NCBI GenBank assembly: GCA_016748015.1
Contig: JAAOMT010000352.1
Location: forward strand, 310,001 to 374,000
DNA length: 64,000 bases
Source: Geosiphon pyriformis uo1
Taxonomy: Eukaryota; Fungi; Glomeromycota
Direction: 5' to 3'
A program made the position numbers and the translations under genes. Positions 12,630 to 25,745 of this stretch are shown here, one piece after another (within the stretch, counting starts at the first letter, position 1; each line of letters opens with the position of its first letter). The notes below the pieces were generated by a model. The model had not been told where the DNA came from. It saw nothing but the letters and a program-made list of their open reading frames with translations, and searched no databases.

Positions 12630-12684
12630 TGTTGTTTTGTTGTTTTGTTGGTAGTGATAAGTTGTAGTGAAATTGTTAGTGGTA

Positions 12685-15600
12685 TTAATCTTGTCTCATT
12701 TTTGAAAGACTATCAACATTGGTGTGTAGTTTTTCTAGTTTGTAATGTACAATATATTTGTAGTCTGTTAAGAAATCATTCTATTGAGACTGTTTGGCAC
12801 TTTGTTTAGTTTTTTTTTTATTGAGCCATTTGAGACCAATATTGTCAGTTATAATGTCAAATTTTTTTTCATTTTTCAGGTATTGTTGAAAATGTTTAAT
12901 AACCCAAATGACTGCAGCAGCTTCCAATTCAGTTGAGCCATATTTGAGTTCTGTTGGTTTGAGTGTCCTACTGGCATAAGCAATGATTTGTTCTTGGCCA
13001 TTTTTATCTAATTGTGATAAGATGGCACCAAAAGCTATGTGTAAAACATTAGTAGCTAGTTAAAACCATTTGTTGAAGTCTGAATAAGCAAGAACTAAGG
13101 CTGTTGTTAATTTTGTTTTGAGGGTTTTAAAAACTTTTTGTTGTTCTTCTGTCCATTGGTATAGCACGTTTTTGTTGGTAAGATAATTGAGTGGTTTGGC
13201 AATCTCTGAGAATTCTTTTATGAATTTTTGATAGTAGGAGGCTAATTCTACAAATTCTTGTAGTTCTGTAGTATTTCTGAGTGTTTGAAAGTTCTTAACA
13301 GCACTAATTGTTCTAGGATTTGGTTTGACTCCATCTTTGCTAACAATGTGTCCAAGAAAGATTAAATTTGTTTTTTCAAAGTGACATTTCTCAATGTTCA
13401 ACTTTAATCCTGCTTTCCATAATCATTGAAAAACTTCTCGCAGATGGATGAGATAAGCTTCAAAGCTTGATAAGTACACATCAGTGTCATCAAGATAGAC
13501 AACTACTAATTGCTATAAGAGTCTTTTATATATTACATCTATAAGTTGCTGAAATGTTGCTGGTACATTGTAGAATTCAAAAGACATAACATTGAACTCA
13601 TAGTTTCTTTCTTAAGTAGTGAATGCTGTTTTGGGTCGATTTTTTGGGTTCATTTTGACTTGTCAGTATTCACTTTCCAAGTCTAAAGTTAAGAAAAACT
13701 TGGTTTTTCTTAAGGCATTCAGCATATCATCAATTCTTGGAAGAAGGTAGGCATTTCCAATTGTCATGTTGTTGAGCTGATGATAATTTATACAGAATCT
13801 GATTTTTCTGTTTTTCTTTTTAACAAGAACTATTGGTGAGGCCCAAAGACTTTTTGATGGTTAAATTAATCTATTATTGAGCATTCTCTGCACTTTTTTC
13901 TTAATGAATTGGTGGCTGGCAAGTGGTATTTGATAAGCTTGTTGACATTTTGGTGGAGCATTTCCTGTGTGGATCTGATGTTGAACAATATCAGTTTTTC
14001 CAAAGTCATTGTTGTTTTTTGCAAATATGTTAGCGAATTCAGTTATCAGTTGTTTTAATTGTCTTTGTTGTTGGGGTTCTAAGGAACTCATGTTAATTCA
14101 AGAGAGTTTTTCTTCCAACAGGTGGTAGTTTTCAGTAGTAGAAATAATGTTTGGATTTGGAAATAGTGTATGTCTTATAATTTTGATGAAATTTAAGACA
14201 ATTTGAGAGTTTTCATCTTGGAAGATATTGCTGTGTATGATTTTAATCTCTAATTTATTCAATAAGACAATAGGGTAATTATTGGGGTTGTAGAATATAA
14301 CTCAAAATTTTTTCATTCCATTGAGGATATAAACATTTGAGATTGAGATTTCATGCTTTAAACAGATTCATTCATTGGATTCAAAGATTTGTTGGGTAGT
14401 GGTGGGTGTAAATTTCATGATATTTTCCAAAAGATAAAATAGTAATTGGTTGAAGAAGTTGAAAAATCTGGTAAGATTCATTCTGTGTATTGAGAGCTAT
14501 GTTTACTGGCACTGTAAATCATCCAATTAAACCAAAATCTTGAGTTTTTCTTTTACTTTTTCCCAATTGTTCTCTGTTTTTAACTGATTGTAAACCCGAA
14601 ATATTGATTAAGGGTAAGTAAATTGCTTGGGCAATTTTTTCAGCATGTTCAATTTTTAATGGTTTGTCCGTTTTATTCTGTAGCATAATAGTAATGTTTC
14701 CAATATATCCTGCATCTATAATTTCTTTTTTAATGTTGATTTCTTTGCTTGCCAATGATAATCTGGATGCAATTTGAACCATTGCTCTAGGTGGAATTTC
14801 AAGAGCAATTTTAAAATTGATTTTTGTCAAGAACTTTGGTTGGAAAACCAAAGTATCTTTTTTTGAATATCTTAGATCATATTCAGCATCAATTTTGTGT
14901 GCTTTTTCTGGTCTGATTCCTTGGCCATAGTTGTCAAAATATTTAAGTTGTAGAGGTGGTTGATTTTTAAGAAAATAAATAGGGGTGGTTGGTAGTTTTT
15001 TTACCAGTTTAGATACTCCAAATTCGATTTCATTTTCATTATTCTTATCTGGCAAGAGAATGCTAAGAGCATAGCATTCTAAACACTATTGGTCATCACA
15101 AAGCATAACACATTCTTCACATAATTGAATGTTTATTTGCTCTAATCATTAAATTTGAGCTTCTTTGGTTGGATATGTATAAGGTTTTTACTTCATCTTT
15201 ATAATCAAATCCAGCTAATTCTATGGTATACTCAATGTATTTAGCTTCTTTCATTTGGCAGACATCTTCTTGGGTGGCTCTATTGATTAATGCTATTGTT
15301 AAATTAAAAATCATTTCAGCATTATGAAGGTAATGATAGAGTTTATTGAGAGCACTGTTATATGCTATATCAAATGGTGTTCCTCTTCTGACTTTTTTCG
15401 AAATTGATAGAGCATATTAACAGGTTTGATTACATACTTCTCCTCTCATTGCAACATCAATTCAGTTGTATTCTTTTAGTAGCATATCTCCACATGTAAG
15501 ACAAGATGTGTTGTCCTATTTTCCACTTCTTTTTGGAGATTCAAATCGTTTTCTATGGCATGCTTTGCAGAAATAGCAGGTGCAAGTTTCATATTCCTCT

Positions 15601-18279
15601 TCTGAAAAAATACAGGCTCTCATAGATGAAAGCTTCTTTTTGCAATCCTTGCATTTTAGTAAAATGTATAGTGGTTCTTTTTGTGGTTCTGGTGTGAAAT
15701 ACTGAATCTTCTTTCATCCTTTGGTTTCTTCAAAAATTTTTTGTTCTGTTTCTTCAGCCCAATTGGATGTTAATTCAAAAGCCATGTAGATTTCAGTAAG
15801 TGGCATTTTTTTTTTCATCAAATTTGAATACTGGGGCTTTTTTTGAACATTTGTTGAAAGTACTACAAGTAGCAAGTACTATGGTGTATTGTTCTTGGTA
15901 TGAGATTTTTAGTTCCTGAGTTTTTCAGTCTAAGTTTGCATTGGCCTTAAGAAGCCAATCATTTTTAACAAAAGCTTAGTATTAGGGTGCATCCATAACT
16001 AGAACTTTAACTGGAATGGTGATTTCATCAATAGTGAATAGGAAGTTGTCAATTTCTTCTACTGGTGTCTTTTTTATACTATCTGCTGTAACAATTACTG
16101 TTTGGACTGGTCTGTCAACATTTTAATTGAGTTGTTGCATTAATTAGTAAGTGATGATACTTCCAGTGAATTTACTGTCTAGAATTAATCAGATTGGTTT
16201 TCCTTCTATTGTAGTTTTAGTGTACATAGCAATAATAGCTTTTTGCTCATTAATTGCTGCATTGCTAAGCAAGAATGGTAATTCATTTGCTTCAAATTCG
16301 AATGGAAATATATCTGAAAGGTTGGTATTTTGGACAATTTGGGCTGGTGAAATAGTATTGTTAGAAGGATTTGATTTTGGTGCTGTAACTTCACCTTCAG
16401 AAAGTGCAGTTTATTAAAAATCCGGTTCTTCTTGCATTGTTAAATAACTGGGTTGAGTGTAAAACTGAGTGGGTCTTTGTTGAACAGAATTTCAAGGAAC
16501 TAGTTAATTATTGTGATTAAATCTGTTGTTATTTGTTAGAAAACGGTTTTGTGGTGTGAATTGGTTTTGTTGGACCAATCTTCTGGCTGGTATTTGATAT
16601 TATTAAGTGGGTGGTGTTTGATATTGCTGAATTGGTAAAGGTTGCTAATATTGTTGCTGAATTGGTTGTGGAGCTGGTTAATAGTAACTGTTTTGATTTT
16701 GTGATCTTGGTGAATAATAAGTTGATAGTAGAGGTTGATAATAAGATTGTTGTGGTAAAAAGTAACATTGATTACTCCTGTTTTGTTGGTTTCTTTGCAA
16801 TTTCCTGCAATCTCGTTTCCAGTGTTCTGAGATTCCACAATAATAACAATTTTGAGATTGGTTGTTGGATGGTGATCCAAAATTGTTTTGGTTGCATTAT
16901 TGTGATGGTTGATATCTTTGTGGTTGCTGCTGTTGTTGTTATTGGTTTGTAAAGTAGTTTTCAACCTTTTTTGTGAATTGGTCTATTTTTTTTTCAGCTG
17001 CTGAGCTGGTTTCTCCAATAGCTAGGTTGACAAGTTTGGTGTGGTTTGCTTTTTCTATTGCTATTTCATAGTTTTTTGCATGTTTAATGGCTGTAGTTAG
17101 GTTTTCTGGAGCATGTGGACAAATTTTTTTAATGAGTTTGTCTTTTAATTCTGCTATGAATTAATCTAGAATTTGGGCATTGGAATAGTATTCATTGGTT
17201 TCCAATTTTTAAATTTGTTGAAGAAGTTTGTTTAATCTTCTAAGATAGGTTATAACAGTTTCAGATGTTTCTTGCTTGATATTGTGAAAGCAATTTCAGA
17301 AAGTGATAGAGGTGTTGTTGTTAGTGAATTGTTGTAAGAAAGCATCTTTGAATGCTTGCCAGTTTTCAAATGGTTTTTCTAAGTTTTCAAACCATTCTCC
17401 TGTAGTTCTTTGGAGAAAGTATGAGATTGCTTTAAGCATTCTTGCTGCATTCCAATCATTTGCATCTCCTGCTTTCTGGATTTTGTCAAGCAATTCTTGA
17501 GGGCTGGTATTATTATCTTTACTAATGAATTTTAAAATCTTTGCAATATAAGCAGTTGCTATTTTTTCTTTGTTTTCTGTAGTTTTTTTTTGTTTTGATT
17601 CAGTTTCTTTATTTTCCAAGTTTTTTGAATGATTACTTTCATTTTCTTGTAAATAATCAATAATATTGGTGCTTGTTAATATGGGTTTCTGCTGTTGAGT
17701 AGAATTTCTAGGTAACTGATAATCTTCTGGTCTGAAGAAATGGTTAAGTGGTGAATTTGATGTTTGTGATAGAGCAAGTGAAATTGGAAATAATGTAATA
17801 GAAAGTGGTAATTTGATACTGGTTTCTTGTTCAGGTGTTTGTAAGTGTTTAGTAGTTGTCTTTAGTGTTTTTGGAGTATTTGAAGTGGTATTTGAGTGTT
17901 GTTTCAGTTTTTGTTTGCCTTTGTTGCTTGTTTTTGTCTCTAATTCAAAGTCAATAGAGTATTTAAACTGTACTGGATATGTTTTTTCACAATACTTGAT
18001 AATGTTAAAATTAAGTTCTTGGAAGTAAGTGGCAAGTGTTTTACTGTTAAAATTTTCAGTTCCCAACTGTGAATAATGTACTAAATTATTGTAAAGATTG
18101 CTTTTAACTTCTGAAATGTTGTAATCTCCAAGAAGATAATTGTTAATGCAGTTTTCAATATACTGGTAAAATGTTTTCTTAACAATTTCAATTCCGTTTA
18201 GAATGTTGAATCTTTGTTTACAGTGGGTGTAAATTGATTGATAATACTCTAGAGTTGTTGTGTCTAGTATGGTCGCCAC
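12685..18279 (-). pseudogene. B1 gag-pol (gag, CCHC, PR, Cys-rich domain, dUTPase, RT, RNase H)
   Basis: Capsid WNAARMLKAISYFLQ; knuckle CYYCGISEHWKRDC; LILDS protease; VYLDDTD RT; ends NVDSLSKMRQD-TAA. Confidence 0.88.
14522..14953 (-). other. dUTPase domain within B1 pol
   Basis: Degenerate trimeric dUTPase motifs: DAEYDL, ASRLSLA, IIDAGYIGNI, KIAQAI, RKTQDFG. Confidence 0.9.
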
Positions 18280-18323
18280 TTTGAAGTTGTTATTGCTGTG
18301 TTATTCTATAGAAGAGCACTAAA

Positions 18324-19281
18324 TATTACTGGAGGTTTTTGGTCTCTTTTTTTGAATGTTGTTAATGCTGATTTGCTGTGAATTTACGTTCTCAGGAAGT
18401 AGTTGAACCTCCAGTAACTGAATTTATCTTCAAATTATCTTTTATAATTTGAACCACTGGGCTTATAAGTAGAATGACCAATTCCTTGCCAATTATTTTA
18501 TGTGGTTATGTTGTAGTAAACATCAACTTTTTTCCAGTGATTGTTTGTCTGGAAGCTCACTAAAATGTGTAATTACTTTGCTGTGAAAGTCAACTCTTCT
18601 ACAGAGATCTTGTCTATAGGCTACCCTAATGATTATGATAAAAAAAGAAAAAAAATAAAAGAAATGTAAAATTCTAACAAGGAAAACGTTTTCTATCCAG
18701 GCTTGAAGTCACTAACAGATTACTGAAATTGGTAGTTAATCAATTTAAAAATGTTAGTTGTGTTGAGAGAATTTCAAGTGCAATAATCAAAGGATTTGGT
18801 TTTTGAATATTTAATTTTTATTTAAATGTGTAAAAGATAATTTGTTCTAATTAAGATATCTAAAATAAAGTACTATGATAAGATACTATGAGAAGATATA
18901 TTTTCTTGAAGAGAGAAGCTTTTCTTTTATATAACTTGTTGTAGTACTAGTCTTTAAACTTGCACTTTTCTTTTTGCTACAATTTGGGTGAACTAAAGAT
19001 ACATTTTGGCAAACTACAAGTTATTTTACTGAACTATTGATTATTTCGCCCAATTTTTATTAATTTCGGCGAATTTTGACTATGTTAAATGGTTCAGAGT
19101 ATTGTGTAATTTGATCATCTTAATTTCTAGAGTACAAATTGGATTATTGATTAAGTAATAATATTTGATAATTTGAATAAATAATAAGTGATAATTGAAA
19201 TAATAATAATATATACTAATTAATAATAGGAATTATAAGAGTAATTTCATGCTAATTGATAGCTAATTTCTACTAATAACA
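18324..19281 (-). repeat. 5' LTR of B1 (958 bp)
   Basis: Matches the split 3' LTR; adjacent to the PBS remnant. Confidence 0.92.
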
Positions 19282-21998
19282 ATAGATATTTTCTTTGTGA
19301 TTGGGGGGTTTTTTTTTTAGTAGATGTTACAGGTTTTAATGTATTCAGCAATGTTCTTTTCCAAAGTAGGCCAATAATAACAAGCTAAAAGTTTTCTGAA
19401 TTGTCTTTGTTTTTCCAAAGTGTTCAGCTAATGGGTCAGTATACATATTGTATATTACAATTTCTCTTTTTTCAAATCTGATAACTTTATGGGAACAGTC
19501 AAGATTTTTTCTGTTTCTTTTATATAATTGGTTCTGGCAAATCAAATTTCTATTTGATTGTTTGTACAAATGTTCTCTTTGCTGTTGAGTGTATTTTGGT
19601 GGGTATTGTCTTTTACCCAAAAATTCTATTAAGACAGAATAGTTGTTCAAGTCCATTATTGTGTTTGTTTATGAAGGAGTTATTAATAATTAAGTTGGTT
19701 TGATTTGAGAGGTTATACTATCACTGAATGGTAAATTTAAAGAGAGCATTAGCATTTTGATGATTTGTTTCTTTATGGTGTTGAATATCATAGTCAAATT
19801 CATTCAAGTGGAATATCCAACAAGTTATTTGTTTGTGTTCTAGCTTCTTTTTATTGCACAGTCAAACCAAGGCTTGATGATTTGTTACTACTAGGAATTT
19901 CACACCAAGAAGATATTGATCCCAATAACTAGTAGCCCAAACTACTACCAAACATTCTTTGTTTAGTAACTGAATAGTTTTTTTCTGCTGGTATAAGAGA
20001 TCTATTAGCATATACTATAGCATGTTTTCTGTCATTTTTATCTTTCTGTGAAAAGACAGCACCAAGTCTATAGCCAAATGTATTAGTGTGAAGAATAAAA
20101 GATTGGTTCAGATCAGATTGCTTAAGGATTGGTTTAGTAACAAGTTTTTTCTTTAGAATTTCAAAAGCTTTTTGTTGATGAGTGCCCCAGTAGTAGTTGA
20201 CATTTTTTCTGAGTAGCTGATTGAAAAGAAAAGTGATTTTGGAGAAATTCTTGATAAATTTACAATAGTAAGAAGCCAAACCAAGAAAAAAGCATAGTTC
20301 AGAAACATTTATTGGTTGTCTAATATTTTGGACTTTTTTAATCTTAGCTGAATTAGGGAAGATTCCATCTTTTGTAATAAAATGACCAAAGAACTGGGTG
20401 GATTGACATCCAAAAAAAGATTTGATTAGGTTGATCTTAAGGCCAGCATTTCTGAGCAGATCAAAAACCTTCTGTAAATGTTTAAGGTATTTATTCCAGA
20501 TTTTTGAGTAGACTATTATGTTATCTAAGTAGACTAAACAAAGTTTTCTTTTACTGATTTAAACACTTTGTCTATTAGGCATTAAAAGATGGGAGGGACA
20601 TTAGTAAGACCAAAAAACATAACTGTGAATTCATAAGTGCCATACTTGATAATAAAAGCAGTTTTTTTTCTGCTTTTTGAATTCATTTTTACTTGCTAGA
20701 ATCTAGCAGTTAAGTCAATAATTGAAAAGAAAGCAGCACCATTGAATTTATCTAGCATTGCATCAATTTTGGAAAGTAGATACATGTTTCTTATAGTAAT
20801 GGCATTTAGTTGGCAGTAGTCAACACAAAAGCATAGGGTTCTACCTTTCTTGAATACTACTACAATTGGGAAAGCCTATTTACTTTTGGTTTTTTGTATG
20901 AATCTAAGATCTTTTATCCAGTTTATTTTTTTTTTAATGAATTCATTATTGTGTTAATTAGATTGATAAGGCTTCAAATAGATGGGACAAGTTTCTTTGG
21001 TGGTGATAGTGTGTTATATTACATGAGTTCATTCAGAAGTATTATCTTCTTTTGAGATAATGGGCTATTTTTAGCCAACAGATTTTCAATGTCCATTTTT
21101 TTTCTTTAGAGGAAGATTTTCTTTGTTCTACAACTAGTAATTGGATTTTAGGTGGTTCATTCTTAAAAGACTTTTATACTTCTTTTAGTTCTTTTCTGGG
21201 TATTAAACTAATTGGCTCTTAATTTTTGTAATAGATCAGACAGAACTTGCATTTATCACTAGGAGAATACAAAGATTTATTGCACCAATATCTGGCACAA
21301 AAACCATGTTATTAATAACTGTATTTTGCTTTCTTGTCAGATTTTCTATCAAAAGTTTTTCTGAAAATATCATAGTAAGGCCAGCAAATTAGCTTGTTAT
21401 TTATCATAATTTCTTCTTTGTTAGCTTTAATATTGTCTAGTGGCTTGTCATTGCTGGTAAAAATAGTATAAGTGAGTTCAGCAGTTTTTTTTGTTCTTCT
21501 TGATTTTCTTTTTTATTGCTCTTATCATCATTTGATTCATTTGATTGTTTTTTTTTTTGGTTTTGCTTGGGTACTGGAGGAGTTGTCCAATAATAGCATT
21601 TAACCACAATGGGCTTTTCACCACATCTGATGGTTAGCTCACAAAGTTCATAGTCAAGTAATGCTTTGGCTTTCTTGAGCCACTTATTGCCAACAATTAT
21701 GGTGTACTCTTTTGTTTTAAATACTTTCATGTCAGTTTTAATGCTGATGCCATTGATGTGAACAGAAACAGCTTTGGCTATGCTCAGGTTTTTCTTTTTG
21801 TCATCATGTACATTGGTTATAGACTGAATAGAAGGTTTATTAATCTTTTTTCTAATGGCTTCTAGAAAGTGTTTGGCAATTACACTGACAGATGATCTAC
21901 TGTCTAGGATCAAATCAATAAAGTAACTAGCCACTTGGACTTTGCAAATCAGAAGAGTGACATTGCTGTTGTCAGCAAGTTTAGCTTAGTAAGGATGT

Positions 21999-22986
21999 TG
22001 TTACCAGACAAAATTAGAGATATCATTTAGCATGAAACTATCTTATAATTCCTATCATTAATTAGCATATATTATCGTTTCAAATTATCACTTACTACAT
22101 TAGCAAAAATGTCCAAAATTATCATTTAATTAATAACCCAAATTGTACACAACACAAATGTAACCTAATTGCGATGATCAATCATGTAATACCCCAAACT
22201 ATGTAACATTCAAAAGTTCGCTGAAATTTATAGAAATTCGCTAAAATAATTGATAGTTCACTGAAATATCTAATAGTTCGCAGAAATAACTTGTAGTTCG
22301 CCGAAATGTATTTTGAGTTCAGCAAAATTGTAGAAAATAGCAAAGTTCAAGTTTATAGAATAGTGTTACGACAAGTTGTATAAAAAAAGAGCTTCTCTCT
22401 TCGAAAAAATGTATCTTACCTTAGATTTATCACTTAGAACCATTCCTACATACACAAAAGAAATAAATATCAAATAATTCAAAAAACCAAATTCTTTAAT
22501 TATTACACTTGAAAAATCCCCAAAACTTAACTAACGTTTTGAAATTGATTAGCTACCAATTTCAATAAACTGTTAGTGACTCCAGACCTGAATTGAAAAT
22601 GTTTCTCTTGATAAAATCCTATTTCTTTTACATTTCTTTTATTTTTCTTTTTTTTTTCTTTTCTTATTACAATCATTAGGGTAGCCTACAGACAAGATTC
22701 CTGTAGAAGAGTTGACTTTCACAGCAAAGTAACTACACATATTTTTAGTGAGCTTCCAGACAAGCAATTCTTGAGAAAGAGTTGACGTTTACTACAATGT
22801 AATTACATAAAATAACTGGCAAGGAATTGGCCATTCCACTTATAAGCCCAGCAGTTCAAATTATAAAAGATAATTTGAAATTAAAATTCAGTTACTGGAG
22901 ATTCAACCACATCCAGAAAACGTGAATTTACAGCAAACAAGTATTAACAACATTACAAAAAAGAGACCAAAAAACCTCCGGTAACA
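21999..22986 (+). mobile_element. Solo LTR of family B (988 bp)
   Basis: TGTTACC...CGGTAACA; TSD ATGT at 21995-21998 and 22987-22990, inside A0. Confidence 0.93.
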
Positions 22987-24995
22987 ATGTTTATTGGTTT
23001 TTGGTGTCTTTTTTTTTGGAATCAATAATTTGCAAAGATTTTTTCTGAACTGTAGATAAGTCATTAGTTGGCCAAATATAATGTGTACTGGGGTTTTTAT
23101 GAGATTTTTAAAAACAGAATAAGAACCAGATTTTTGTACTATCTCTGAAGGTTCCAACTTTGGAAGATTTTTAAAAACCTTAGCCCTTGATGGCTCATTG
23201 TTATTAACAGTTGATGTGAATGCTTTTTTGGATCTAGAACAAAATCAACCTTGGCTTTCTTCTTTTTTTTTGTTGATTCAGAAGTGTTGATTACTAGTTT
23301 ATTTATGTTATGGTCATTATCAGTTAGGTTAAAAATGTAAAAGAAGTTTTCTTCTGGTTGGTTTGCACTCTTACTCTTTGGAAGTGTGCCTACCAGTTTA
23401 AAAGCTAATAAATAGTGGCTTTAATTAAGAGATTCTTTCCAAAGAAATTGATGTTGGCATAATTGGGTTTTTGATTGGGGATATTGTTGTTGATAGTTCT
23501 GTTGTTTTGATTATTATTGTTTTTAAGAACTGGAAGTGGCAAAGGAGGATTGTTGCAATCTCTTGAGAAATGTCCAGTTAATCCACAGTGGTAGCACACA
23601 AATAGGCTTCAATTTTGCTGTCTTTGATAAAGGGGCTGCTGAGGCTGATTGAAATGTAATTCAAATTTAGATTTTTGTGGTTGCTGGTTGTTTATAACTG
23701 CTTGGGCTAATGGTTCTAATAGCCAAGCAAGATTTGCTGTAAGTCTATCTATTAACTGTTCATTTGGGTCTTGAGTTTGGGTGGCAAAAGAGATAGCAGC
23801 CATTTGTGGAGCAGGAGCCATAACAAGAGCAAGAGCAAAAACTGAAAAAATAGATTCCAAATGCATCTTTTGGTTATCTTCTATTCTCTGGGCAAGTTCA
23901 ATAACAATATTCATTGTGGGATTGTCTTTTAGTGTTAGGGGAGGCCAAAGAGCATAGGAAAGATCAGTTCTTAATCCTTTTGTAAAAGAATGAATCTTTT
24001 GCTTTTCTGTCTAGTTTCTTCCAGAGTCTACTCTTTTAATTAACTTTTTGATGGCTTTGGCATATTCAATTACCACTTCACCAGGACCTTGGGTTTTTTT
24101 TTCTAGTACCATACACCATTTAGAGATTAAAATAGGAGTTCTAAATTTAGTTTCAAACCAGGTTGTGAAAGAGATGTTTTCTTCTTTAGCATTTGTTGGT
24201 GCCCATTTAATGATTTTTTGGTAAGTACCAGCATCAGTTTCTTGTAAGAACCAAGTAGTAGGAGAGCCTTGAAGGTAGCCACCAACAATTTGGAACTTGT
24301 ATTTATTATAATATTGGTTGCCTGTAGCAGTTTTTTTAAAGTCATCCAACCATTTAATTAGATCTTGTGCATTACTTCTAAACAAGGGTAATAGAGTGTT
24401 GTTTCTTTGCTCTAAAGCAATTTGTATGCCTTAAAGGGCAATTAGAATGTTTTGTTACATAGAATTATTAGTTATTAGTTTAAGAGTAGCTGTTTGTGTA
24501 GAATATTCTGATTCATTTGAAAAGAGATTAAAAACAAGAATGATTTAATAGCTTTCTTTTTCTGTTTTAAAGGGTGTTTTAGCTAGCTGATGGGCAGCAA
24601 TCTAAATGTAAATTTGGTGATTTAGGTATTTAAAATCAGAAGACTGTTGTTCAAAAGTTGTAGAATATAAAAGCTGATTAATATTGTTGTTTTTTTCTTC
24701 AAAGTTGTCTTTAAAATAAGCTTGGTCAAAGTAATAAGTTGTATAAACTGTATAGGTTTTAGCTAAATGCTTGTTTAAGAACCAGTTCCAAAAGTTTTGG
24801 AATTGTCTACTAGATTGTTTTTTAATGAGAAAGCAAATCAAACAGAAGGACAAAGAATTAAGTTCAATAAAATCTAGATTGTTTTTGTTGTGTGCTTTAA
24901 AGTGTTTTTCTAATTGTTGTGGCAAATATGAATAATCATCCATATAATAGAAAACAAAGTGGATTTTGACAACCTTACAGAGAGCATCACTTTTA

Positions 24996-25745
24996 TGTTA
25001 TGGATTGAAATAACAAGCTAATGGATAGCAAGAGAGAATAGGATTGTAGGATAATAAAAAGAATCAAAGGAAATTCAACTTCAAAGAGTGAATTAAATGA
25101 GTATAGATTCAATGTGTGAAATCAGTCTTATAAAATATCTTAGTCACTATACTTTTCAAAAAATAACCGAAAAATTTGAAGATAGAGAGATAGTTCATAT
25201 TGTCAACAAATAATCACATATTAGTATAATTCTATGCCTCATGTTGGCACTTTTAAAATTCAATATTAGATATCAGATGTACTCTTTAGTCATGTTTTAT
25301 TCAATAATCTTCAAATGCTACAATTACATGTTTCAGAAAAAAACTAGAGAATAACCAACAAGTAGTCTTTTATTCCAAGATGTTTAGATACTTGAAAATA
25401 GAGAAAGAGAAATTAGTAAGAAGAAAAGGATTGAGATAAAGTTGTTATTTTATTTTATTTTTTTCTTTGATTTTTACATACTTTTCTACAGCTAAAAAAT
25501 TCATCACTTATATAGCTATCAAAAGTAGTCAATAATCAGGTCAACAACTAGGTCAATAATTAGGTCAATAATCAGATTAATGATCAGGTTATTAATTAGA
25601 TCAATAATCAGGTCAATAATCAGATTAATAGTCAGGTTATTGAATAGGTTAATAATCACTATCTAAAAATAGAGTGGCTAATTATATGACATTAGTGGCT
25701 AATACATGTGATAATTAATAAAAAGTGTAGGTTTCAACCATAACA
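24996..25745 (-). repeat. 5' LTR of A0 with an expanded 12-bp array (~11 units)
   Basis: Reverse match to 1566-2233; array at ~25528-25659. Confidence 0.92.

Larger units (their letters stand above)
1001..19281 (-). mobile_element. Ty3/Gypsy family B full-length copy B1 (gag-PR-Cys-dUTPase-RT-RH / IN / ORF3)
   Basis: Two ~958-bp LTRs: 18324-19281, and 1001-1565 plus 10029-10420. TSD ATGG (997-1000) / ATAG (19282-19285) inside the A0 integrase. PPT complement at 10421-10437; degenerate PBS at 18306-18323. Confidence 0.92.
1..25745 (-). mobile_element. Ty3/Gypsy family A copy A0; 3' end lies left of the window; interrupted by B1 and a solo B LTR
   Basis: Reverse-strand paralog of A1. ORF3 start and integrase at 1-1000 continue at 19282-19656; RH/RT/PR 19721-21998; gag 22991-24943; PBS 24971-24995; 5' LTR 24996-25745, followed by ATAC. 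Confidence 0.9.

Noticed and set aside
16151-18028. Hydrophobic plus-strand ORFs (V/L/F-rich) that look like membrane proteins
   Set aside because: They are antisense shadows of Q/N/T-rich gag codons; the same applies to ORFs at 34418-35088, 36432 and 39731.
22205-22340. Regularly spaced palindromic repeats resembling a CRISPR array
   Set aside because: The period is only ~20 bp with no unique spacers or cas genes, and the array lies inside LTR U3 in a eukaryote.
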